A stretch of 63,759 nucleotides of DNA, counting the filler, from Octopus bimaculoides (Eukaryota): the NCBI RefSeq assembly GCF_001194135.2. It is 7 parts of 6 records of this genome, joined end to end, with 100 filler letters (N's around TTAATTAATTAA, not from the genome) between each part and the next. Parts side by side here need not be neighbours in the genome. Positions count along the whole stretch, not along the records: positions 8,574 to 20,013 come from NC_068981.1; positions 20,114 to 31,595 come from NC_068989.1; 5 more parts are not named here. The stretch is one strand, 5' to 3'. Of this stretch, positions 12,031-25,912 are shown one piece after another; within the stretch, counting starts at the first letter, position 1, and every line of letters begins with the position of its first letter. A program made the position numbers and the translations under genes. The notes beneath the pieces were generated by a model. It worked only from the letters and a program-made list of their open reading frames with translations. It did no database searches and had not been told where the DNA came from.

Positions 12031-12770
12031 ATTGTTAGTATTACATTGGCATACGAAGTATGGTGGATGCGATTCAAGGGGCCGAAGAGAAACACTTTCC
12101 TCCTTGGCCAGTCTCTCCTAAACTTCTCCAAGTCTTACTTGAAGAGGAAAATAAGACTGAGGAGGTAAGTGTTGCCTTCCAGCCATTTTGTTCAGTGTTG
12201 CAAGCACGGTGCGAGTGAAGGGGCCTGCCCTGAGTGCAAGCCTGTAAATCGGAGATAAAGAACTGAGAGAAAGCACTTGTCTCAGACTTCAGGGCCCCCG
12301 TGGTTTTATGGGTTGTTTTTTCCGTGTGCAGCCCTCGAACGCCCCTTCCAAATTGAGGAATTCCCATTGTTAAAATTTCATTTTTACCCCACCTTTTTCT
12401 TTTTATTATTTCTAAACCTGTTTACACGCAAAAGACACACACCANNNNNNNNNNNNNNNNNNNNNNNNNNNNNNNNNNNNNNNNNNNNNNNNNNNNNNNN
12501 NNNNNNNNNNNNNNNNNNNNNNNNNNNNNNNNNNNNNNNNNNNNNNNNNNNNNNNNNNNNNNNNNNNNNNNNNNNNNNNNNNNNNNNNNNNNNNNNNNNN
12601 NNNNNNNNNNNNNNNNNNNNNNNNNNNNNNNNNNNNNNNNNNNNNNNNNNNNNNNNNNNNNNNNNNNNNNNNNNNNNNNNNNNNNNNNNNNNNNNNNNNN
12701 NNNNNNNNNNNNNNNNNNNNNNNNNNNNNNNNNNNNNNNNNNNNNNNNNNNNNNNNNNNNNNNNNNNNNN

Positions 12771-12864
<94 letters not shown>

Positions 12865-13209
12865 AACGTATGTATATGTATATATGTATGCATATGTATG
12901 TTAGCATATGTATATGTTAGCATGTATATGTATGTATGTATATATGTATGTATGTATATATATGCATATATGCATATATATATGTATATATATGTACATA
13001 CGTATGTATATAAATGTATGTATGTATATATATGTATATGTTTGTATATATATAAATATGTATGTATATGTATATATATATATGTGTATATATGTATATA
13101 CATATGTGTGTGTATATATAAATATATATGTATACGTATATATATTTATGCATATGTATGTATATATATGTATATACATATGTGTGTATATATAAATATA
13201 TATGTATAC

Positions 13210-13245
<36 letters not shown>

Positions 13246-13255
13246 NNNNNNNNNN

Positions 13256-13289
<34 letters not shown>

Positions 13290-14029
13290 TTGTTTGTGTG
13301 TGTGTATTTATTTTAATAATTTCATAAGGAAACCCTCACACTTGATTTGTGTGTTTGTATTGTCCCTCATCCTTCGATTTGATAACAAAAAACAAATTAT
13401 TATTTTCAATATCTATTATTATTGCTATTTCCGAAGAGCGTTGTAGTTCGCTTGAAGCATTGTAAGGCAGAAGTAGAACATGCTTTTGTAGGCTATAAAC
13501 GAAGCTTTAATTAAATCGATTACATTCAGCAAAACCGATAATATTAAATAGTGACTGCGAGATATTTTCAGGAACATCACATCTAAAGTACCTGTTAAAC
13601 AATCAAGCAATGTTACCCACCCATGACAACCACACCGAAACCTACATACATATTTATCCCGTCTTTTTGGGTCCTCCCCCGTATCTCACCCGCCAACGGC
13701 CTTTCCTTTATAGCCTCATAGCAGAAACATACTTATGTTGTTGTTGTTTTTGATAAAAAAATTTTAAAATAATATAGAAATATGAGAGTAAAAAAAATAA
13801 TAAAATGGTTGTTTTAAGAATGTTGGCTATCAGCCAAGATTACAGTTTCATAAAGTATTTGTGTTACATACGCAGGCGTACATGCAAACACGCACGCACG
13901 CACGCACGCACGCACGCACGAACGAACGAACGCACACGCATACAAGACATGCATATGAATTCTTTTTGCGTTCGCTTTGCCACACTCGCATACATCGGAT
14001 ATATATAAGTATATAGATATGTGTGTGTT

Positions 14030-14096
<67 letters not shown>

Positions 14097-14100
14097 ATAT

Positions 14101-14237
14101 AAGTATATAGATATGTATATAAGTATATAGATATGTATATAAGTATATAGATATGTATATAAGTATATAGATATGTATATAAGTATATAGATATATATAT
14201 AAGTATATAGATATATATATATATAAGTATATAGATA
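14101..14237 (+). repeat. 20-bp minisatellite AAGTATATAGATATGTATAT (about 7 copies)
   Basis: Directly visible periodic unit embedded in (TA)n. Confidence 0.85.
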
Positions 14238-14247
14238 TGCGTGTGTT

Positions 14248-14303
<56 letters not shown>

Positions 14304-15899
14304 GAAAGAGAAGTGTACATGCATGTACATAAATGTGTTTGTGTGTATGTATATGTATACATGCATACACACACTCACATCTTGTAAAAGCTTGTTTTAT
14401 GTCTCTCTCATGTCCGTGTTTTTATATTCTATCCTTCTATACCAATCTAAAACTGATGATGCGCTAAATGACAACCAGTTCCCCAAAATTAGGTGAATAA
14501 AATATACAAAGACATGCAAGAAAATACTACACTCAATATGATCTGTTAAATGCTTGGGGTTGTTGCTCTAGTATGGCCGTGACCTAATGAATGAAAGTAG
14601 TGAAATAATTTAAGAATATTATATGAAAAATAGGTGATGAATATATATTGCATATACATGTTAGGTACTTTGATATATAAACTCGCATGTAAAAGCATAT
14701 ATCCATATGTATGAATATGTATATATGTGGATCTCAAAGTCAGATACCTGAAGAGGTGCGAGTACTCAACTATTGCTGGATCATATTGTATATAATAGTT
14801 TATAATAATATGTATATGTGAAACACTTGGCAACTAAAAGCTGTTGCTAATGCACAGAAACAATGGTTGTGTGTTAGATGTTCAGTCCATCTTGCATTAT
14901 AAATTTGTTGTGTGTGCGTAATATAAAATGAGAGAGAGGAAGAGAGTGAGTGCTGTATTTAATTTTAACTAGTAGATTGATTCCAGGAGTCACAATTAAA
15001 ATCGATACCGTAAAAAATGAGAGACATTTCAGCATATGAAAGAAGTTGTAACTACAGGAAGCAGATATCATTGGCATATTTTCCCAAAATTCGTAATTCC
15101 ATCTTAATTCCACAAATTCCTGCTCTTACAAAAGGCATTAGAGATCGCAAGAGGAGTAATTATAAGAAGAGTAATGCATATAAGATTTAGTCATGGGAGT
15201 AGCAACCTTTGGCTCATCACAGCTCAAATTATATACATCTAGGGTCGACTGCAGCGCTTTAAGTAGGTATGTCTGAATGGTCCAGAAGTTGCGTTCGTAA
15301 GCAAGGGAACTTAAGTTCGATCCAACAGCTTGGCATGTTGTACAACTACTTACGTTATAGCTACCATAAGTACGACTATTCTCACGTGACTGTTTGCTTG
15401 AATTACACCTTGCGATCTTCAGCGTTCCGAGTCACTGTGTACAATGTGTAAGGAAGAGAAAAAGAAGGAAATAAGAGAGAATATGTAACACGCAGCAAGA
15501 ACTACTGGCCTTTATAGAAGAAAATAAATAACCCTGTATGTGTATGTGTGTGTGTGTGTATATGTATTTGTANNNNNNNNNNNNNNNNNNNNNNNNNNNN
15601 NNNNNNNNNNNNNNNNNNNNNNNNNNNNNNNNNNNNNNNNNNNNNNNNNNNNNNNNNNNNNNNNNNNNNNNNNNNNNNNNNNNNNNNNNNNNNNNNNNNN
15701 NNNNNNNNNNNNNNNNNNNNNNNNNNNNNNNNNNNNNNNNNNNNNNNNNNNNNNNNNNNNNNNNNNNNNNNNNNNNNNNNNNNNNNNNNNNNNNNNNNNN
15801 NNNNNNNNNNNNNNNNNNNNNNNNNNNNNNNNNNNNNNNNNNNNNNNNNNNNNNNNNNNNNNNNNNNNNNNNNNNNNNNNNNNNATATATATATATATA

Positions 15900-16116
15900 C
15901 AGGGTGGCCTTAAAGTAGGTTTACAGTTATCACGTAGGTACTTTGAATTTATTTTCAAACGTTTTCATTACATTTAAATTTCTACAATTAACTAAATTAG
16001 AACAGAATAATGGTTTCATATTTTTTTCATAATTAATTAATTAAGATCGAAACTTTTAATACATGAATGCGAAAGAGGTAGTTAAATAACTGTAAACCTA
16101 CTTTTGGGTCACCCTG
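15900..16116. mobile_element. 217-bp Tc1/mariner MITE
   Basis: 31-bp TIRs CAGGGTG(G/A)CC...GTAGGTTTACAGTTAT with 3 mismatches; TA on both sides (15898-15899, 16117-16118). Confidence 0.85.
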
Positions 16117-16369
16117 TAGATATATATATATATTTGTGTAATACGCATGTGTGTGTATGTAAATGTACATGTAATATAAACACTTGTAATACACAATATT
16201 TACATTGGACGGTTAGGTACCCTCACCTTGTTTGTTGCTACCACAACGTTTTGGCTGATCTACTCTCCAGCCTTCATCTGATCTACTCTCCAGCCTTAAT
16301 TTCGAACCCAACCCTGTATTTGACTACTGGGGTACCCTGTTCGCATTTCTAAGGTATTTTTTGCTGATG

Positions 16370-16470
16370 TTATTATTACTTATTCAAGTCACTGACTGGG
16401 ATTGAACCCGGAATACTTGAGGTTTGTAGCCCACGCGCTTAACTACTACGCTATATGCCCGTGGGCATAT
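16370..16470 (-). mobile_element. tRNA-derived SINE head (another family)
   Basis: Reverse complement reads TAGCGTAGTAGTTAAGCGCG...GGGTTCAATCCC (A and B boxes). No complete cloverleaf or acceptor stem is evident. Confidence 0.5.
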
Positions 16471-16860
16471 ATAGAACAGTATGTGTGTAATATGTATATT
16501 TATGTTTGTATGTCTGTGCATATATGCACGCTAACCCCTCCCCAACCCGTACACAAACACACACACACACACACACACACGCACACTCATATTATATGTT
16601 TAGCAAGAACCTCAGAAATTAGATCCAGTGCAGTTGTGTCAGTGTGGTCGCAGTTCGCGCGACGAAAATTTTGGCGTCAAATAGTAATCAATGTTAAGAC
16701 TTTGTCGCCTATTGAATGGTTAACATGTCTCTCCTGCACTGCAATTGATGTATATGCATGTGTATATATGTATGCATATATATGCACGCGCAATTTTATG
16801 CATGTATGTATGTATATATATGTATATATATATATATGCATGTATGTATGCATATATAAA

Positions 16861-16936
<76 letters not shown>

Positions 16937-17292
16937 CATATATATACAAACATGTATATATGTCAAGGTCACCAGCCCTCTTCCACACGCACATACATAA
17001 TCTCTTATACACACGCACACGCGCCTTCGTTTTGGGATTACCACTACTTCATTATCTCGCCTTCTTCCTAGCTCTCCTGTGTGACCCCTCTGTCTGACAT
17101 TCGCCATGATAGATCGCTAGCCACCACACATTCTTTATTTTACTATCCTTGTTTCTTTCTGTGTTCCTTTCTGTGGAAGAGCGTAGGCTCGAAATGTTAA
17201 AGACTTTTTCAGTTCCCGAGCGTTGTACTAATACATCTATTTGTTGTTTACACCACCTGTCTTCATCTTTTGTTTTTTGTGAATTCTCTCCC

Positions 17293-17389
<97 letters not shown>

Positions 17390-17923
17390 TTGTTATAATT
17401 TTTTATCGGCGGAAGTTGCAAAGTGAGTCAAGGTTGAAGGTTTATTGAGCTTTGTTANNNNNNNNNNNNNNNNNNNNNNNNNNNNNNNNNNNNNNNNNNN
17501 NNNNNNNNNNNNNNNNNNNNNNNNNNNNNNNNNNNNNNNNNNNNNNNNNNNNNNNNNNNNNNNNNNNNNNNNNNNNNNNNNNNNNNNNNNNNNNNNNNNN
17601 NNNNNNNNNNNNNNNNNNNNNNNNNNNNNNNNNNNNNNNNNNNNNNNNNNNNNNNNNNNNNNNNNNNNNNNNNNNNNNNNNNNNNNNNNNNNNNNNNNNN
17701 NNNNNNNNNNNNNNNNNNNNNNNNNNNNNNNNNNNNNNNNNNNNNNNNNNNNNNNNNNNNNNNNNNNNNNNNNNNNNNNNNNNNNNNNNNNNNNNNNNNN
17801 NNNNNNNNNNNNNNNNNNNNNNNNNNNNNNNNNNNNNNNNNNNNNNNNNNNNNNNNNNNNNNNNNNNNNNNNNNNNNNNNNNNNNNNNNNNNNNNNNNNN
17901 NNNNNNNNNNNNNNNNNNNNNNN

Positions 17924-18014
<91 letters not shown>

Positions 18015-18484
18015 CTAGTTCGCTTCTTGCTCTTCAAGCAAGCAATTTAGGATAAACATTAGCAACCTAATCCGCTGAGCCAAATATGCCCATCCCACTC
18101 GGCAATTGTCATAGGGACCCTCCACAGACTGGTAACTTTAGCAGGGGATTGTTTCGAATAAGGTACCACATTACAAATCAAATGATAAGTAGTAAATGGG
18201 TGTAATGAAGAAGAGTTGAGGGCAAAAATTCGTATGAAAATGGAAAATTATTTATCCTGGCTTACTTTATGTATCCTCACTTTTGCCGGATGTGTGCGTC
18301 TGTGTGTGTGTGTGAGTAGATAGACTTAATATAGGTGGAATCAACAAAACAGTATTCCATGCAACCGAAAGATCTAGTAATAGTTTCATACTTCTATGAT
18401 ACTTTAACTAGGCATATTTATAAAATGCGACATATATCTGCAAACGATCTTTCGGGGTCTGTGTTTATCCGTTATATATATTCT

Positions 18485-19400
18485 TTTCTACTCTAGGTAC
18501 AAGGCCCGAAATCTTTGGGGAGGGGGCCTTTCGATTAGATCGACCGCAGTACGCAACTGGTACTTAATTTATCGACCCCAAAAGGATGAAAGGCAAAGTC
18601 GACCTCAGCGGAATTTGAACTCAGAACGTAAAGACAGACGAAATACCACTAAGCATTTCGCCCGGTGTGCTAACGTTTCTTATTTCTTTATTGCCCACAA
18701 GGGGCTAAACAGAGGGGACAAACAATGACAGACAAAGGGAAGTCGATTACTTCGACCCCAATGCGTAACTGGTACTCAATTTATCGACCTCGAAAGGATG
18801 AAAGACAAAGTCGACCTCGGCGGAATTTGAACTCAGAACGTAAAGACAGACTAATAAGCATTTCGCCCGGCGTGCTAACGATTCTGCCAGCTCACCGCCC
18901 ACTTTAATNNNNNNNNNNNNNNNNNNNNNNNNNNNNNNNNNNNNNNNNNNNNNNNNNNNNNNNNNNNNNNNNNNNNNNNNNNNNNNNNNNNNNNNNNNNN
19001 NNNNNNNNNNNNNNNNNNNNNNNNNNNNNNNNNNNNNNNNNTTCGATTAGATCGACCGCAGTACGCAACTGGTACTTAATTTATCGACCCCAAAAGGATG
19101 AAAGGCAAAGTCGACCTCAGCGGAATTTGAACTCAGAACGTAAAGACAGACTAATAAGCATTTCGCCCGGCGTGCTAACGATTCTGCCAGCTCACCGCCC
19201 ACTTTAATCTTTTCTACTCTAGGCACATGGCCCGAAATTTTGGGGAGGGGGCCAGTCGATTAGATCGACCTCAGTACACAACTGGTACTTAATTAATCGA
19301 CCCCGAAATGATGAAAGGCAAAGTCGGCCTTGGCGGAATTTGAACTCAGAACGTAAAGATAGATGAAATACCGCTAAGCATTTCGCCCAGCGTTCTAACG
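18485..19400 (-). mobile_element. Head-to-tail array of at least 4 family A SINEs
   Basis: Repeated gcggaatttgaactcagaacgtaaagac units. The part flanking the gap may be an assembly duplicate. Confidence 0.85.
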
Positions 19401-19965
19401 TTTCTGCCAGCTCGCCGCCTTTCTGTTATATATATTGTAAAAGCAAGGACGCCGGACTGTGAGAAAATAAAAAAAAAACAAGAAAAAAAAAATCGAGAAG
19501 AAAAGCAACGAAGAAGGTTGATATAAAAAGTGGAACGAAAGCAGGATAACCGAGATCCCCAGCCTCCCTAATTGGAGAAACCACAATTAATGCAGCTTGT
19601 ATAGAACAAAATAACAGAAAATATGTCAAAGGCGGTGAGACAGCAACTCAATCTGGAGCAGTTGGTGTCCTCCAGTTCGACAAAAGAAACTTATCCATGT
19701 GCTTACACCTACCAAATGGACTGAATAATCTTTCAATTGAATGTTGAATTGTTCTTATTATAACACACAAGCAAACATTAATATATGTCTATAATATACA
19801 CAATATAATGCAAGTAATTATCATTTATCCCCGTGTGTGTGTGTGTTTCTGAGTTTGTACTCCATCACCACTTAACAACCGGGGTTGGTATGTCTATGTC
19901 CCCGTAACTTAAAGGTTCGGCAAAAAAGACAGAGTAGACACCAGGCTTAGAAAATAAGTACTGCG

Positions 19966-20013
<48 letters not shown>

Positions 20014-20299
20014 NNNNNNNNNNNNNNNNNNNNNNNNNNNNNNNNNNNNNNNNNNNNTTAATTAATTAANNNNNNNNNNNNNNNNNNNNNNNNNNNNNNN
20101 NNNNNNNNNNNNNTATATATATATATATACACCATTAAAGTGAAAGTATCTGTCATTACAGTATCGAAATGTGATTGTTTCAGTTAGTGGAATAGTTTCA
20201 TTTTAAAAGTGAAAGTATTTGACATGAGTGTTTTTGTTTCACTTTTGACACGTAATATTTAAATAGTGGAGGAGATATGATGTTGCTGTGGGCTCGAAC

Positions 20300-20466
20300 T
20301 ATGCAAGAAGTTAAAAATAATTTTTGACTAAAACACAACCGGAACCCTAAGTAAGACATGTGTAAAATTTGAATGAAATTGGTTGTGTCGTTCTCGAGTT
20401 TTAGGGGAACACACTCACACACACAAAGACAGACAGACACACATTCTCATTTTTATATATATAGAT
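20300..20466 (+). mobile_element. Possible non-autonomous Helitron-like element 3' end
   Basis: (GACA)n/(CA)n followed by attctcatttttatatatatagat resembles the ends of Lep1-type elements. Recognised by resemblance only. Confidence 0.35.
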
Positions 20467-21861
20467 AGTTTGATAAGCTGACAAATATGTATATACAGAG
20501 CAATATATATATTCTCGATTCTTAGCAACATAAATAAAACCTTTGACACAGAAGAGGTAAGCCTGCACCAGAGGAAACTCTTTTAAAGGTGTGATTATTT
20601 TAGAATCCTTCTATATATGAAGACGGAGATGTAGAGTGGCGAATATTTTGGCGATTAACTCATAACCAGAATTTATTCTATCTACATACAAACTTCATGA
20701 TGAGAAAGCAAAGCTTTAGATTTGATTTCAGCGATGAATCGGGATCGTAGTTTGGAGAATATTATGAAGGATAATCAGATCTGCGACTCTGTTCTGCAAG
20801 TAGAAAATTGTGCATCTGCAACTGTCGAAATGACTACAGAAGAATTTTCTATTTCTAACATAAATCATCTTTAAAATGCTTCATTCCTGTTATGAAGCTA
20901 CACCTTTTCGTTGTCAGGGTTTTATTTGTACGGAAATTTTCATCCACATGACTGCACCAAATGTCCAACCAATGATGCCACATACTTTCAATATAACATA
21001 ATGGGGATATATTTTCGAAGGTTCGTAAATCTGTGGAGGAGCCAGTGAACGTTTCTATTGTTTCTCCGTCATTTACCTGCATATCTTCTACAATAAATGT
21101 CTCTCTTTGATTTAGCCGCTTACAGAGCTCCACTCAAAAACTAATTGGCACTATATTTCAGCATTTTTTTTTATAGAACTCAGTTGCGCGTAACCTGAAG
21201 TTGCCTGTTAAAGATTGCATGGGTTGAACTTACTACGACTATCAAGAAATATTGTAAACTCGACTTAAAGGTAAAGGACGCTCCAAATAGATTTCTCATA
21301 CAATACGACTGCTGTACCAATGTTATTTTCAGTATTCATATGTCGTTTATAATAGTTAAGAGCTGTTTACCTCTCAGGAACTATTAATAGCTTCATTTAT
21401 CTACACGCTTGCCCGCTGTTTCAAATGATAACTGTCTAAGTAGACTTAACAAAATATCTTCTTACAAGATATATAGTACTGTTGATTAGTATAACATTTA
21501 TCACTGTTGCACTGCATTTTGGCGGGAAAATATTTAATGTTTCTGAGGCAGAAGGACATTCTTTTTAATTTAAAATGCTTTAGTTTTGGTCTTACGTATT
21601 TGCAATGAATCATAATCTGATCCGTGAAAACGCGAGGGAAAGTATGTACACCTATTTAGCTGACGTCATCATACGTGGTAAAACCAAAAAGGGCATAACA
21701 AATAATCATCTAAGTTCTTAAAAGTTGCACATGAACCGAATTATAATACTGAATTACAATAAATGTAAATTTCCAATTGATTCTCTATTCAAATTTAACA
21801 GATTAGCCATTACAAATTGCACCGTGCCCTCAAACCCACCTCACAAATGACTTCACCTTAA

Positions 21862-23505
21862 CCCATTAACTTCCAAATTTTTCTATTCATATTTTTTGGT
21901 TTTGTGAGGTGTCTTAGGAGTTAAAATGAAATATAGTATTTAAATTTTTTTCATATGTGAATTATTTTGGTAATTATAATAAATTTTCGAAAAGTCCCAA
22001 ACGGGTGTCATGGCAAGAAAGGTCAACAAAAGCCGACTATTAAAGGAAAATTTTATATTGCAAATAAACCTATTACAACAACTAAATGAGCAGGTATTTA
22101 ACACAATATTTTTTTAAAATTATTCTATTTAAGCAGGATTCCAGCTAAAACATTTGTAAACACAAGATTTTGTAAAAAAAAACAAAACATGCAAATGAAC
22201 GTGCAAACCTACGTTGCATTTTGAGCATTGTTTCCTGACATTTTTTTTCCACACACCACACTTTCTTTGCCTTCCTAGATTAGTTCTTTCCAAGAAGTGT
22301 CCAGACTGATTCTTTCTGACTTCATCTGGTACACGCTTTTCAAACGTCTTACCCAAAGAAGGTGGACGTGATTTTTTTGGATCAGATAAAGATGAAGTAA
22401 CCATATAGGCTTCGACAATTCTTTTTCTGAATTCGAGATAAGGAACGTTGTCATTTGCCATACAGTAAAGAATATGTGCATTCATAACATCCATTCCAAT
22501 AAGGTTGGTGAAAATGGGAAAATACCATCACTCAGCGCGGATTTTGATCCTGTACTTATTAATTACACAATCCATTTTGTCTACTCCACCCATAAAAGTA
22601 TTGTATTCAGCAAAACACTTGGGCTGTGGTACATTTACATTCTTATTCATTTATTTATTCCATCTTTTCACACTTTCAGCTGGCAGTGCACCTTGATAGT
22701 TTGAAAGCATCTTCACATTATTGTTGTCTCTCCAAACAGTGGCAAATATTCAGTTCAATGTGTCGAGTCTGTAATCATAGAAGCCTCGAGCCTTGCTCTT
22801 CAATTCGTTATCAGGAACAAGTAGGCATTTATTAGTGCGATTACTCCTTACTGTTCCTGCTGCTGAAACTTCTTTCTCAGTCAGTATTTTCAGTAGCTCA
22901 TAACTTGTAGAAAAAATTATCAAAGTAAGGTATGTGATCTGAAGGATTCTGAAGTTGCAAAACTTTGTTCAAAACAACTGTAGCTCCTAATACAAATGAT
23001 GAATCTTGTCCTTCATACAAGTCAACATGAAAACAATAACTTGTGGAGCAGCATATTGCTCATTTCATGTATCCAAATCTTATTGGCTTACCTCTTATAA
23101 ATTGCTTCAGAAAATGACGGCTGTAATACTGCACGATTTATTCATCAATGCTCAGGTGCTTTGAAAAAGCCTCAAATTTCACAAATCTTTCGTTCATCAT
23201 TTGAATTAGCAGTGCAATTTTGAGGGTTCTATGAAATGCGCCTGTTCCAAGTGCAGAGTTATCACTGAAGTGCAAATTTCTTTTCATTTCAATGTATCTA
23301 TTTCGTGCTATATGTTCACGAACGAACTAGATCGTTACATCTACAATTTCACACCAATATATTTGTTCTTGTGGCAAGTGATGATAGCCTGTCAGTAAAA
23401 ACAATTCAATGAACTTTCTCAAGTAATCCAGCGAAAATGAAAAGTTATGTAGATTATTTTGAGTAGCATATATGACACTTTGTCTTACAATGTTGGTCAT
23501 AACAT
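21862..23505 (-). mobile_element. Degenerate piggyBac transposon (PGBD2/3-like transposase pseudogene)
   Basis: Minus frames give TGYHHLPQEQIYW, LSIDE*, KQFIRGKPIRFGY and a Cys-rich C-terminus (KCG...KQCSKCNVGLH). Terminus TTAA|CCC at 21858-21864; the other end is lost at a SINE. Confidence 0.85.
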
Positions 23506-23508
23506 TAA

Positions 23509-23634
23509 GGCGGTGAGCTGGCAGAAACGTTAGCGGTATTTCGTCTGTCTTTACGTTCTGAGTTCAAATTCCGCCGAGGTCGACTTTACCCTTTCATCAT
23601 TTCAGGGTCGATAAATTAAGTACCAGTTGCGTAC
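23509..23634 (+). mobile_element. Family A SINE (runs into a gap)
   Basis: Head GGCGGTGAGCTGGCAGAA followed by GAGTTCAAATTCC. Confidence 0.85.
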
Positions 23635-25234
23635 NNNNNNNNNNNNNNNNNNNNNNNNNNNNNNNNNNNNNNNNNNNNNNNNNNNNNNNNNNNNNNNNNN
23701 NNNNNNNNNNNNNNNNNNNNNNNNNNNNNNNNNNNNNNNNNNNNNNNNNNNNNNNNNNNNNNNNNNNNNNNNNNNNNNNNNNNNNNNNNNNNNNNNNNNN
23801 NNNNNNNNNNNNNNNNNNNNNNNNNNNNNNNNNNNNNNNNNNNNNNNNNNNNNNNNNNNNNNNNNNNNNNNNNNNNNNNNNNNNNNNNNNNNNNNNNNNN
23901 NNNNNNNNNNNNNNNNNNNNNNNNNNNNNNNNNNNNNNNNNNNNNNNNNNNNNNNNNNNNNNNNNNNNNNNNNNNNNNNNNNNNNNNNNNNNNNNNNNNN
24001 NNNNNNNNNNNNNNNNNNNNNNNNNNNNNNNNNNNNNNNNNNNNNNNNNNNNNNNNNNNNNNNNNNNNNNNNNNNNNNNNNNNNNNNNNNNNNNNNNNNN
24101 NNNNNNNNNNNNNNNNNNNNNNNNNNNNNNNNNNNNNNNNNNNNNNNNNNNNNNNNNNNNNNNNNNNNNNNNNNNNNNNNNNNNNNNNNNNNNNNNNNNN
24201 NNNNNNNNNNNNNNNNNNNNNNNNNNNNNNNNNNNNNNNNNNNNNNNNNNNNNNNNNNNNNNNNNNNNNNNNNNNNNNNNNNNNNNNNNNNNNNNNNNNN
24301 NNNNNNNNNNNNNNNNNNNNNNNNNNNNNNNNNNNNNNNNNNNNNNNNNNNNNNNNNNNNNNNNNNNNNNNNNNNNNNNNNNNNNNNNNNNNNNNNNNNN
24401 NNNNNNNNNNNNNNNNNNNNNNNNNNNNNNNNNNNNNNNNNNNNNNNNNNNNNNNNNNNNNNNNNNNNNNNNNNNNNNNNNNNNNNNNNNNNNNNNNNNN
24501 NNNNNNNNNNNNNNNNNNNNNNNNNNNNNNNNNNNNNNNNNNNNNNNNNNNNNNNNNNNNNNNNNNNNNNNNNNNNNNNNNNNNATATACTAATACATAC
24601 GTGTATATAATTATATCAATATACATATATGTGATATATACGTATATATATGTATATATCTGTGATCTGTCTCTACGTGCGTGAATATGAGTATGTATGA
24701 GTTTGAGTGCGTGTGTGTAGGTGTGAGTTGTGTGTGTGTGTGAGTGTGTGTGCGTGTGTGTGTGTTTGTTTTACTTTGCATTGTCTCTTTATAATCTTTA
24801 TTTCAATTAAAATGCATGAAAAATGTTTGATTACTATTGTAACAGACCTCTTGAGATTTGGTTGGCATTTAAAAAATGGAAACACGCACAACCGCCCAAA
24901 TCCTACCCACACATACATACATGCACGCACGCACACACACGCACACACACAGAGCAGCAGACAAACAGAGAGTGAGGGAGAGAGAGCAATACATATACAT
25001 CTGTACGAACATGCGAGACACATAACTTTTCTTTATATACGGATATATATATAAGAGGAAAACGAGAGACAGTAAACAAAAAGGTATGTACGTATATATA
25101 CGCATAGGAAATACAATGCGACAGCCGGCTGCGACTATAAATAGCACCAGGAATTCAAATCACAGAAAACAATGTCAGGCTTATGTCTGGGGATATATAA
25201 AAAATCTATGGATCCAGCTGTATGTACATATGTA

Positions 25235-25289
<55 letters not shown>

Positions 25290-25699
25290 GTGTGTCACAC
25301 ATTGCTTCACCAAAACTACTCCATTTTCATATACACACACATATGCATATATATATATATATATATATATACATATGTCTNNNNNNNNNNNNNNNNNNNN
25401 NNNNNNNNNNNNNNNNNNNNNNNNNNNNNNNNNNNNNNNNNNNNNNNNNNNNNNNNNNNNNNNNNATATATATATATATATATACACACACACATACATA
25501 AATTCATACATTCACAAACACAGATACACACGCATAATTGAGTGCGCACAAACACAATATAAGAGTGTATGTTGGTTTGTATATGGGAGTACATCATATC
25601 TTATGATTATATATTTTCGTAAGGCCATATCATCATCATCATCGTCGTCGTTGTCGTCCGTATTATTATTATTATTGATGTTGTTGCTGATGATGTGAA

Positions 25700-25912
25700 G
25701 GCGGTGAGGTGACAGAATCCTTTGCACGCTGAACAAAATTCTTTACGTGTTTCGTGCGTTTTAATGCTCTGATTTCAAATTCCGCTGAGGTTGATTCTAT
25801 TTTTCATCTTTTTCGGGATCGATAAAATAAGTACCAGTTGAAGGCTAGGGGCCGAGGTAATCGACTTACACCCTTCCTCAAAATTACTGACCTTGGACCA
25901 AAATTTGAAATC
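25700..25912 (+). mobile_element. Family A SINE with the type-2 tail
   Basis: Diverged head, core aagtaccagtt and tail ccttggaccaaaatttgaaatc. Confidence 0.75.

Noticed and set aside
15268-15325. tRNA gene (A box TGTCTGAATGG, B box GTTCGATCC)
   Set aside because: No acceptor or anticodon stem pairing; more likely an old SINE head. The same applies to the other tRNA-like heads in the window.
12277-17100. Long ORFs of YI/CV/HT repeats (for example 12277-13446, 13814-14374, 16402-17097, and similar ones at 51985 and 55026)
   Set aside because: They are translations of (TA)n, (CA)n and (TATG)n microsatellites and N runs, not genes.
18485-19400. CRISPR-like array or prokaryotic system
   Set aside because: The repeats are SINE copies and the context is eukaryotic with spliceosomal introns; no cas genes or repeat-spacer architecture.
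20855-21133. 92-aa minus-strand ORF
   Set aside because: No recognisable motif and no convincing splice sites.
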